A stretch of DNA of 64,000 nucleotides from Octopus sinensis. Taxonomy: Eukaryota. The stretch is from NCBI RefSeq assembly GCF_006345805.1, contig NC_043022.1:12214001-12278000 (forward strand), read 5' to 3'. Positions 37,480 through 48,560 of the stretch are shown piece after piece (the stretch's first letter is position 1; the number at the start of each line of letters is the position of its first letter). The notes beneath the pieces were generated by a model. That model made no database searches. It was not told the origin of the DNA and was given only the letters and a program-made list of their open reading frames with translations. The translations under genes and the position numbers were made by a program.

Positions 37480-39130
37480 CCCCCAGCTGGACGGGATGCC
37501 AGTCCCTCTTGGTGGAGTATGTCAAATGTCCCCGCACAGGCTTCCACGGATGACACTACCATCCTGACATTCAAAGAGTCAGATCCTCACAAGATGCTAA
37601 TTCGAGAGGACGACTTAATGATCTAAAGCAGGATGACACTTAGCTTGAAGAGGTCTCGAGGGAAGGGAAGTTGAGCCAAGGAACCAGACTTGAATGGATG
37701 GCCAAAGACTGACACACACCGACACTGACAACGACGAGGGTTACAGTTGTTCCAGTAAATGGAACAGCCTACTCGTGAAATCAACGTATAAGTGGCTGAG
37801 CATTCCACAAACACACATATCCTTTACGTAGTTTTGGGAAGATTCAGTGTGTCAAGGCTGGCCCTTTGAAATACAGGTACAACTTATTTTTGCCAGCTGG
37901 GTGCACTGGAATACCTTGAAATAAAATGTCTTGTTCAAGGACACAACGCGCCACTGGGAATTGAACTCATGACTTTACGGTCGTGAGTTGAATACCCTAA
38001 CCACTGAGCCACGCATATGGAAAAGTCTGGGAAGACGGTACTCTGAAAGATGCTAAGGCAGCGAGCTGGCAGAAACGTTAGCACGCCGGGCGAAATGCTC
38101 AGCGGTATTTCGTCTGCCGTTACGTTCTGAGTTCAAATTCCGCCGAGGTCGACTTTGCATTTCATCCTTTCGGGGTCGATAAATTAAGTACCAGTTACGC
38201 ACTGGGGTCGATGTAATCGACTTAATACCTATGTCTGTCCTTGTTTGTCCCCTCTGTGTTTAGCCCCTTGTGGGTAATAAAGAAATAGGTTCTCTGAAAG
38301 ATGCAGTCTCTGAAGGATACGAAACGGGTGAAAGTGTTCGCTCAAACAGTTGATGAAAGTCTCCAGAAGATTGGTCGCTTTCCATTGCCAGGGAAGTACA
38401 AAGTATGGTGTTTCCAACATATGCTTATATCAATGATGCTGTGATCGCTAATCGTACACAAAACTGTCACGAACACAGGTGAAGCAATGGAGGCGAAAAC
38501 TCAACTAGAAAAGACAAGGTGTTGCTTCTGGACTGTCTGATGTTAACCTATACTGTCGACAGACAAAACTGAAATTGCCACTGAAGTCAATTGTAGAAGA
38601 ATACAAAGCTGGAAAGGCGAGATTGCAGATGATGTTAGGGTGCTCCAAGGACAGAGCGGTCAGATGGTTACAGCCTACATTGTAAATAAACGGGAAATGG
38701 AAGGTCTTATATGCCACAGTAGAGATTAAAAAAGAAATCGCCCTTAAGGAAGTCATTGGCTTTACCCAGATAGATAGACAAGAGTTAGGCACAAGTAGAA
38801 TGCAATGGTTGTTGAAGAGTACGGGTAGAGACTACTGAAACTTGGTAATACAGGAAGTAAGGTAAGAGGAGGACAAAATAAGGTGTACAAAAGTAGTACA
38901 ACAGATTTGACAAGGACAATCGACAAATTGAGACGAGTCGTTGCAAAAGTCAGTTACGATATGAGTGGGAGATGGATTAAAAATAAAAATTCTATCATAA
39001 ATTTGTACTTGGACAAAATCTGAAGGGGGAATGAGAAATATATGCAGACCTCCTAGATTGGTGCAAAAGTTTTGCCAGTATAAAAGGGACAAAGATTAGA
39101 TATTGTCCTATGGTCAAAATCAGGTACCAA
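37480..39130 (+). mobile_element. Decayed HERO/R2-like non-LTR retrotransposon fragment interrupted by two SINEs
   Basis: Broken frames give STDDTTILT (RT DD motif), KSLGRRY, LPGKYKVWCFQH, LYCRQTKLKLPLKSIVEEYKAGKARL and EVIGFTQIDRQELG. Family assignment is from recall. Confidence 0.7.
38054..38291 (+). mobile_element. SINE family B monomer with a 13 bp target-site duplication
   Basis: Flanked by ctctgaaagatgc at 38041-38053 and 38292-38304. Confidence 0.9.
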
Positions 39131-39136
39131 AATATC

Positions 39137-39138
<2 letters not shown>

Positions 39139-39168
<30 letters not shown>

Positions 39169-39352
39169 TGTGTACAGTGCTCAGGTGCACTACAACTCAT
39201 CTAAAGTGTATATATAATCAGGTGTAGTTTCGGCGGATTTCGGAAAGCATGAGGGCCTTAAAGGATGCAGTGTCATGGCAGTCAACAACTGACGCAGGCA
39301 GTTTATTCCATGCTTCAGCAACTCTGAGCGTGAAAAAATGTTTCCGAAAGTC
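39139..39352 (-). mobile_element. 5'-truncated copy of the same CR1-type LINE
   Basis: DFRKHFFTLRVAEAWNKLPASVVDCHDTASFKALMLSEIRRNYT plus a 3' UTR and tail nearly identical to 935-1143. Confidence 0.88.
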
Positions 39353-40025
39353 TTGTTTGAATTGACTGTTCCTTACGAGAGCCGAGTATATGAAAGAAAT
39401 AACAAAAGAGGGGTACCATTGCACTGATGAAACCGAAAAAGAATACAGCAAGCCATTAAACATAGGAGAAAGGAAACCTAGTTTGAAGCAGTGAAAATTC
39501 ATGAGGTGGGTTTTTATGGTTGAGCAATAAACTCACTCAAAGGTTCCAAGTTCAATTTCTCTAAATAAGAGCAGGAGTACACCTTGGAGTCACTACATAG
39601 GTGGTCCTGTTCCCTTCGAATGTCAGAAACGAATGGGCCCAAATGCTTGTTTGACGGGAGTTCTTTCTCTGAAGATTTTTTTCTTTTACCTGCTCACCTT
39701 GCAGCAAGTTTCAACATACTGTGCGACAAATCTAAGGGAGGCAATTCTTATACTACACATTGGTATAAAGAGTTATTTCCCTTCGTCTATATCGACTTCA
39801 AAAGATGGAAAATAAGTGTTGGTTACGATGGGATCTCTTGCGTTGGATCTATAGGGAGCGAATGAAAATGTTTTAATCCGCATCGCTCAAATTTGACCTA
39901 ACCAAAGACACTACAGTGAAATGGGGTCTGAATTTCCTTCTTCTTGACTGTGGCGCAGTCCAAATACCCGTCAATTATCGTTTCGTCCACAAAAGTAACA
40001 AAGAATAGGCAAGATATATATATGT

Positions 40026-40068
<43 letters not shown>

Positions 40069-40123
40069 TATATATATATCAACAATAATAAATCTCTGAG
40101 CGAGATATAAACAGTAACTGCTC

Positions 40124-40494
40124 TATAACATAAGGGGGATCAGCCATCTGAATGTGGCTAGGGACGGGGCGGGGTGGTGGGGGTGTTACTGATGCATTTA
40201 GCCCCAGGCGATCATCGACGTCACCAGAAGGGCTGACACCATCTCGGTGTCCTTGCCAGCCTGCATGTCCTTGCCATGCGTTGACAAGAGGCAATAACCT
40301 CGAAACCGGTCCGTATGTAGTATCCGTATCTTCGGGGAGGCTGATCTCCCTTTGCAGGCTGGCAAGGACACCGAGATGGTGTCAGCCCTTCTGGTGACGT
40401 CGATGATCGCCTGGGGTTAAATGCATCAGTAACACGCCCACCACCCCGCCCCGTCCCTAGCCACATTCAGATGGCTGATGCCCCTTATGTTATA
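40124..40494. mobile_element. Foldback/MITE-like element, copy 1
   Basis: 142 bp arms (40124-40265 and 40353-40494, 3 mismatches), 87 bp spacer, TA ends. Confidence 0.75.
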
Positions 40495-40496
40495 TA

Positions 40497-40534
<38 letters not shown>

Positions 40535-40576
40535 ACAATAATAAATCTCTGAGCGAGATATAAACAGTAACTGCTC

Positions 40577-40944
40577 TATAACATAAGGGGGATCAGCCAT
40601 CTGAATGTGGCTAGGGACGGGGCGGGGTGGTGGGGGTGTTACTGATGCATTTAGCCCCAGGCGATCATCGACGTCACCAGAAGGGCTGACACCATCTCGG
40701 TGTCCTTGCCAGCCTGCATGTCCTTGCCATGCGTTGACAAGAGGCAATAACCTCGAAACCGGTCCGTATGTAGTATCCGTATCTTCGGGGAGGCTGATCT
40801 CCCTTTGCAGGCTGGCAAGGACACCGAGATGGTGTCAGCCCTTCTGGTGACGTCGATGATCGCCTGGGGTTAAATGCATCAGTAACACGCCCACCACCCC
40901 GCCCCGTCCCTAGCCACATTCAGATGGCTGATGCCCCTTATGTT

Positions 40945-40947
<3 letters not shown>
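40577..40947. mobile_element. Foldback/MITE-like element, copy 2 (tandem, period 453 bp)
   Basis: Appears identical to copy 1, including the 47 bp leader; the ORF track shows identical translations offset by 453. Confidence 0.75.
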
Positions 40948-40990
<43 letters not shown>

Positions 40991-40996
40991 AATATA

Positions 40997-41859
40997 TACA
41001 ATAATGCTTCGATATACGAGTTACTTTGTTCCCGGAGAACAGTCGTAAGGCAGAGAAATAATTTTCCATAGTAGCAAATCCCTGAAAGATATTTTACCTA
41101 TAAAATTTATAACATTCGTAAATAAATGGCAATAAAACAATAGTAAAATGTAAAGAATACTATTTGTAAAGTAAAAAGAATGTTAAGATCGTGGCTGGTG
41201 GCACGTTAAAAGCACCATCTGTCCGTGGCCGTTTGCCAGCCTCGCCTGGCCCCTGTGCCGGTGGCACGTAAAAAGCACCATCCGTTCATGGCCGTTGCCA
41301 GCCTCGCCTGGCCCCCATGCCGGTGGCACGTAAAAAGCACCATCCGTCCGTGGCCGTTTGCCAGCACCGTCTGGCACCTGTGCGGGTGGCACGTAAAAAG
41401 CACCCACTACACTCACGGAGTGGTTGGCGTTAGGAAGGGCATCCAGTTGTAGAAACACTGCCAGATCAGACTGGGCCTGGTGCAGCCTTCTGGCTTCCCA
41501 GACCCCAGTTGAACCGTCCAACCTATGCTAGTATGGAAAGCGGACGATAATCGTTTTCTGAATCACTTTCCCTCGCACTAGACTTGTGCACACCATCACT
41601 TCTAGATGCAATCGCTGATTCACAAGCACTCGTAGACAGACTTGTAGATTCCTTTTTAAAAAACAAGTCTAGAGTTTTTTTGGTTAGAAGAAGCCTTTTT
41701 TTGGCTCTTTTTAAATTTCTTGGTAATACACAGAAGCATTTGTTATGAAAGTCGAAACTTTTGCAATTTCTTCAAAATTCGGATCTTTTGCTTGAAAAAT
41801 TAAACTCGTAAACCTGGGGTCTCGTAAAATGGGTCCATGTAAAATGAGGTATTACTGTA
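40997..41859 (-). mobile_element. Tigger/pogo-like element with TA ends, interrupted by a family C SINE
   Basis: Left end ta-caataatgcttc, right end gaggtattactg-ta (reverse complement ta-cagtaatacctc). The minus frame ..LTKKTLDLFFKK resembles a pogo C-terminus. Confidence 0.5.
41187..41548 (+). mobile_element. SINE-like family C with internal ~59 bp tandem units and an RTE-like tail
   Basis: Three to four ggcacgtaaaaagcacc units, then cactacactcacggagtggttggcgttaggaagggcatccag. Other copies: 400-545(+), 4675-4890(-), 11675-11820(+), 18240-18385(-), 24303-24710(-), 24845-25170(+), 27650-27905(-). Confidence 0.8.
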
Positions 41860-41987
41860 TATGTTCAGGCATACCTACGCAAATGTGTCCCCGTTGACCT
41901 AGTTTCTTCATAACTTCCAATAAAAATGGATATTTTTTTAATGAAATTTTCTATAAATACATTCCAGATGACATAGATTCCTATTAT

Positions 41988-42591
41988 ACTCTTTACTCTT
42001 TTACTTGTTTCAGTCATTTGACTGTGGCCATGTTGGAGCACCGCCTTTAGTCGAACAAATCCAGGACTTATTCTTTGTAAGCCTAGTACTTATTCTATCG
42101 GTCTCTTTTGCCAAACTGCTAAGTTACAGGGATGTAAACACACCAACATCAGTTGTCAAGCGATGTTGAGGGGACAAACGCAGACACACAAACATACACA
42201 TGTACATATATATATATATATATATATAAATTTCAGTATAATAGGTGTAGGAGTGGCTGTGTGGTAAGTAGCTTGCTTACCAACCACATGGCTCCAGGTT
42301 CATTCCCACTGCATGGCATCTTGGGCAAGTGTCTTCAACTTTAGCCTCGGGCTAACGGAAGCCTTGTGAGTGGATTTGGTGGACTGAAACTGAAAGAAGA
42401 CTGTCATTATATATATAGGCGCAGGAATGGCTGTGTGGTAAGTAGCTTGCTTACCAACCACATGGTTCTGGGTTCAGTCCCACTGCAGTAGCCTTGGGCA
42501 AGTGTCTTCTACTATAGCCTCGGGCTGACCAAAGCCTTGTGAGTGGATTTGGTAGATGGAAACTGAAAGAAGCCTGTCGTATATGTATGCG

Positions 42592-42625
<34 letters not shown>

Positions 42626-43050
42626 TGTATGTGTGTGTGTATGTTTGTCCCCCCAACATCGCTTAACAACCAATGCTGGTGTGTTTACGTCCCCGTAACT
42701 TAGTGGTTTAGCAAAAGAGACTGATAGAATAAGTACTAGGCTTACAAATAATAAGTCCTGGTGTCGATTGGCTCGACTAAAGGCAGTGCTCCAGCATGGC
42801 CGCAGTCAAATGACTGAAACAAGTAAAAGAGTAAATACACACAAATATACATATGCACACACACACACACACATGCATATACACACACATGTGCATACAT
42901 GCATACATGATGAGCTTCTTTCAGTTTCCATCTTCCATATCCTCTCACAAGGCCTATGGCTTTCATAGAAGACACTTGCTCAAAGTGCCATACAGTGGGA
43001 CTGAACCTGGAACCATGTGGTTGGGAAGCAAACTTCTTAACCACATAGCT
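41988..43050. mobile_element. Cluster of family A SINEs in mixed orientation
   Basis: 3' half (-) 41988-42195, 5' part (+) 42243-42405, full copy (+) 42418-42835, 5' part (-) 42915-43050. Confidence 0.8.
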
Positions 43051-43399
43051 GCAGTAAAGTCAATTGGGTAAACTGAAGCTTCCATACTGGTTCATGTGGT
43101 CCCTACTTTGAAGATAGCAGGGAGTCTGTTGAGGGGAGATTTGGTTGTCAAATTCAGCATATAAAAGTTCCTTTACTGGTTTATGTTCCCCCTTTAGAAA
43201 GTTTATAGAAGAAAATCTGGTTGTTTTATTGAGTAGGTCCTGTTTACTAAACAGAAGCTCCCTCACTGTCTTATGTGGTCCCTGTTTTATTGAATTAGGA
43301 AAAGGTGAAGTAAGATTTGTAGGAGATTTGGTAGATATTTCTTGTAGATCAGATAACGTATCTAACATCTGGTGTTCTGGCAGCCATTTAATATTTTGC

Positions 43400-43775
43400 A
43401 GGAAGCTTGAGAGGCGGTTGGATGGAACTTACACTCGCCTCCTTATGAGATCTCAAAATCTCTTGTGGAAGCGCCATCCAACCAAAATGCAAATATATGG
43501 GAAACTACCACCTGTGTCATCTCTTGTGAAAGGTAGGAGAGTCCAGTTTGCTGGACATTGTTGTAGAGCTGAAAAAGAGGTAATTTCTACTCTTCTCCTC
43601 TGGAAGCCATCTACTCGCAATACCAGACAGCGCACACTCTCCTACCCTGATGTAATCTCCAGGGATACAGGCATCCAGCAACAGGACCTCCGTAATGCCA
43701 TGATGGACCGTGAAGTCTGGCGTAGCATGGTAAATTCCATTGTCTCGACCACGGTCGAACAATGGTGATGATGAG
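43400..43775 (+). mobile_element. RTE-clade LINE 3' fragment
   Basis: LDGTYTRLLMR...RRVQFAGHCCR...LLLWKP...MMDREVWR, ending in a tgatgatga tail. Confidence 0.85.
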
Positions 43776-44914
43776 TTTGAAGAACAAGGAAAAACATACA
43801 TAGTACATACATGTCTCATTTTCTTTTGCTTACATACATATTACAAAGATCTCAAAAATTTCTAGTCTCGGGTAATCATGTATAGAACCATTTCATTCTT
43901 ATTAGAAATCATCAGCATGACATAACCCAAGGTAACTAAATTGTAGTAAGTCAAACATTTTGTGAAGCAAGACATTTTTTATAGATGGGTAATAATTACA
44001 GTCTGTATGATATTCCATTGTAGAGGTTCCCTTATTGACCCCTTATTACTGTTCACATTTACACTGTTGCATACAAAGACAGGCTAGGGGTTTGAAATAT
44101 ATTATCATCCAGTGTAGCACTGGCCCTTCCTGGTCCTTAAGTATCTTTTAGAAGGGACAACTTTATCTCTTTTTACTTGTTTCAGTCATTAGACTGTGGC
44201 CATAGGGAGGAAAGGCAGGGCACTGCCTTGAAGGGTTTACTTAACCAAATTAATCCCAGATGTTATTCTTAAGTCTGGAATTTATTCTATCAGTCTCTTT
44301 TGTCAAACTGCTAAGTTAGGAAGATGTAAATAAACCAACACCATGTGAAGTAGTGGGAGGAAAAATTCACACACACACTTACACATACACACACAGAAGT
44401 TTCCATACAGCTTTCATTTACCAAATTTACTCACAAGGCATTGGTCAGTCCATGGCTATAGTAGAAGATGTGTCCAAGGTGTTGCACTGTGGGACTGAAC
44501 CCCTATCTACATGGTTGCTAAGCAAGCTTCATAACCACACAGCTATGCCTGTTTGAGACAAAGTATTTGGCCTGAGTATCTGGGGTTTCATCATGCAGTT
44601 ATCCTCACCTTGGAGGACCTGTAAAAAAAAAGTGAGGTGCACTTTCTTTCCACGATGACCAAGATGTAAAAAACTAAAAAAGAGCAAAAAATGAAAAATA
44701 AAAGCAACAGCATCACTTCCATCCTAACCATGCAATCACTTAAACTGACCTCAGTTCATTACTGGTACTTAATGTGATCAATACTGGAATATTGAGTTGT
44801 CAGTTAAAACAGTGATTCGATTGATTTGATTTGTAAGCAAGAAAACGAATCAATAAATTTGTTATTTAATGAAACAGCAGCGGTGAAGTCATTAGCAGGG
44901 CTCTTTGCCATCTG

Positions 44915-45428
44915 GACCATCACCACCACCACCACCACCACCACCACTACTACTATCTCTGCCACCATCATCATCACCACCACCGCCACCATGCCACTAC
45001 CGCCACCATGCCACTACCGCCACCATGCCACTACCGCCACCATGCCACTACCGCCACTGCCACTCACTGCCATCACCTTATTGACAATGATGACCACCAT
45101 TACCACACCATCACCACAGCCACCACCACCACCACACCACCACCATCACCTCCAATGTTACTACCATCACCACCACCACACCACCACCACCACTACTACT
45201 ATCTCTGCCACCATCATCATCACCACCACCGCCACCATGCCACTACCGCCACCATGCCACTACCGCCACCATGCCACTACCGCCACCATGCCACTACCGC
45301 CACCAGCCACTACCGCCACCATGCCACTACCGCCACCATGCCACTACCGCCACCATGCCACTACCGCCACTGCCACTCACGCCATCACCTTATTGACAAT
45401 GATGACCACCATTACCACACCATCACCA

Positions 45429-45459
<31 letters not shown>

Positions 45460-46260
45460 ACCTCCAATGTTACTACCATCACCACCACACCACCACCACC
45501 ACCACTACTACTACTATCTCTGCCACCATCATCATCACCACCACCGCCACCATGCCACTACCGCCACATGCCACTACCGCCACCATGCCACTACCGCCAC
45601 CATGCCACTACCGCCACCATGCCACTACCGCCACCATGCCACTACCGCCACCATGCCACTACCGCCACCAGCCACTACCGCCACCATGCACTACCGCCAC
45701 CATGCACTACCGCCACCATGCCACTACCGCCACCATGCCACTACCGCCACCATGCACTACCGCCACCATGCCACTACCGCCACTGCACTCACTGCCATCA
45801 CCTTATTGACAATGATGACCACCATTACCACACCATCACCACAGCACCACCACCACCACCACCACCACACCACTACTACTACTATCTCTGCCACCATCAT
45901 CATCACCACCACCGCCACCATGCCACTACCGCCACCATGCCACTACCGCCACCATGCCACTACCGCCACCATGCCACTACCGCCACCATGCCACTACCGC
46001 CACCATGCCACTACCGCCACCATGCCACTACCGCCACCATGCCACTACCGCCACCATGCCACTACTGCCACCATGCCACTACCGCCACCATGCCACTACC
46101 GCCACCATGCCACTACCGCCACCATGCCACTACCGCCACCATGCCACTACCGCCACTGCCACTCACTGCCATCACCTTATTGACAATGATGACCACCATT
46201 ACCACACCATCACCACAGCCACCACCACCACCACCATCACCTCCAATGTTACTACCATCA
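44915..46260. repeat. 17 bp minisatellite (ccactaccgccaccatg)n within a higher-order repeat, trailing into (cac)n-rich sequence to ~46810
   Basis: Dozens of 17-mers interleaved with a recurrent block containing caccttattgacaatgatgaccaccattaccacaccatcaccacag (4 copies). Confidence 0.92.
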
Positions 46261-47339
46261 CCACCACCACCACCTCCACTGCTGTTATCACTGCCACCTC
46301 CACAACCACCATCACTATCATTGCTATCACCACTACCATCAGCACCACCACAACTGCCATTACCATCACCACCACCACCACCACCAATGCTATCACCTTC
46401 ACCACCACCACCAACATGACTTCTACCATTACTACAATCACAACCGTTTCCGCTATCACCATCACCTGCATCCCCACCATTGCCACCTTCACCATCATGT
46501 CATGTCAACTAACACCATTGCTGTTGCCACCAGCCACCATCCATCGCCACCACAACAGCAACCACCAACACCGCAACTTCCATCACTTCTGATACCACTG
46601 CCATCACTGTAGTTGCCAACGCTACCACAGCAACATCAGCAACCCTAACCCTAACTACACTCACTAGCGCCATCGCCATTACTGCCATTATCATCTCCAC
46701 CACTGTCACCATCACCACCACCACTACACTGTCACCATCACCACCATCTCAAACACCATAACTACCTCCATTAACAACAGTAACCACCACCACCACCACA
46801 CCACCACTTCAACATGATCTCCATTCTTTTTAAGATCGAAAGAATTCGAAGTTAATTTGATTGCGATAATTAGAATGTTTTCTTTGTTGAAATAATTAAT
46901 TGCTGACAGTTTTCACGTCAATTGCTTTGAAGTTGGAAATTATAAACTTGATTAAATCATAATTGGAACTTAATTAGCGATTTGTGAAAATCGCAGCTGA
47001 CAAACTCGAGAAGAGAGATACTTAAAACCTAAAGAGGTGATAGTTCATAAACCAGTCCACATAGCCGTAGGTAGGTACCACCATGTGAGAAAGTTCACTG
47101 CACTGAGTTCATGAATAAGACACATTACTGTGAACAGTCAAGTCAACTTAGTATATAGGTATCATGGTGTAGTATAGTTAGTTCTCTGCATTGTGTCCAT
47201 GACCAACGCTCTGAACTATCAGCAGTCCAGTCTACCTAGCTGTATATAGGTACCCCCTTGTGGCATAGTTCACTGTACTGTGTCCGTGACCTGTTTTATT
47301 TGGTTACAGTTGTCATTTTGGATATCCATGGAGTTTAGT

Positions 47340-48560
47340 TTCTCCCCTGTGCTGGAGGCGAATGAGTTCTTCTTTGTGTAGGAATCTCATCAGCCTACTT
47401 TCTATCAGTCTCTGCTCAACGTTGTTAATTTGCTCCTTGATGGTTTGCAATTTTCTTCAGTTTCCATTTTTTCTTCAGTGATGCAGTAAAATGGCGGTAG
47501 AACTGCTACACAGAGCCTCTGGCCCGTCTTGGGCTGGATAAGGAGATGCCTCATTTTCTCTATTCCCTATATTGTTGACCCTTGGGTAAAACTGAAGATG
47601 GGTCTATTTGTCTTTACTTCCACTATGGCCGTCTTCAGAATTTGGATCAACAATGTTACAGCAGCAGCAGCCACTGTGCTTGTCTGCCACTGTTGACCAC
47701 CACCCAACTTTTCTTTTTGTGTTTTCTTTTTTTTGGGGACAATAGGTCCCGATGTGGTTTGTACTCTCATACATGCAAAAGCTGAGATTTCTGCCCTGCA
47801 CCACTAGTCTGATGCCCCCACCCTTCACTGTGCTGTACAGGTGTGATCTGGTACTTTGCAGATATCCACCTGGTCATATATTGCTGCAGGTCATCTCTGT
47901 TTTCTGTTTCTGCTTGTGTTGTTCTCCAAAGCTGATGACAAAACAAGGGTCAATATTAATTTCTCTGTCTGTGACTGCCCTATATCCTCCCCATGTACTG
48001 TAACATCAAATTGTGGGCAGGTGTGTGGTACATCAGCAATTCCTATCCCTTTCTCTTAATGTCAGTCTATCTACACAGCCCCACACTTCCATTTTCTCTT
48101 TCTTGGTTGATATAATCCACATTATGCCTCACATCAACCAGGACTTTCTTTACATTCTTTTTTTGAGATCATGTGGAAGCCCCCCCCCCCCTACCCCTGA
48201 GTTTAATTCTTCTGGCAAGACGGTACTTTTTTATGTGATCTGCATCATGCAACTCCCATGCATTTTCTTTAGCTTTGAGTTGACCCATGTCTTGTAACTT
48301 CTTGGCTAGCAATGCTCATCAAAAATGACTTGGGATTGTTTGATAGGACCCAGTGATAGAAGCACAGTGTAGCAACAGAACCATATTTTCGTCTCTGACA
48401 GACCGCATTGAGTACATGCTTTATGACTCCAAGCAGACGCATACCATTATTCCAGCAGCACTTTGACCAAAAACTTTGCAACAAGCACTGAAAGTGAACC
48501 GGAAATAGTTGGACTTTGATCCCCACTTCAATGATCAACCATGATTTTGCTTGACCAACC
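47340..48560 (-). mobile_element. Possible highly decayed APE-type LINE ORF2 fragment
   Basis: Broken frames KYRLARRIKLRGRGG (resembles the R-x-R-x-GGGV endonuclease motif) and LQTIKEQINNVEQRLIES. Motif order is not fully consistent. Confidence 0.3.

Noticed and set aside
39423-39445. CTGATGA...GAAA on the plus strand
   Set aside because: No stem II or stem III pairing and no NUH site.
39480-39990. Unique-looking segment with 93 aa and 60 aa ORFs
   Set aside because: No recognisable domain; no open frame between the candidate minus-strand splice sites.
41195-41405. Regularly spaced repeats resembling a CRISPR array
   Set aside because: The spacers are near-identical; they are internal tandem units of family C in a eukaryotic context.
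44826-46592. Overlapping 200-390 aa Pro/His/Thr-rich ORFs
   Set aside because: All frames are open because the 17 bp/CAC repeat lacks stops; no splice or codon evidence.
46643-46656. (CCCTAA)2, and (TTAGGG)-like run at ~50350
   Set aside because: Only two to three units; chance or trivial, not an interstitial telomere.
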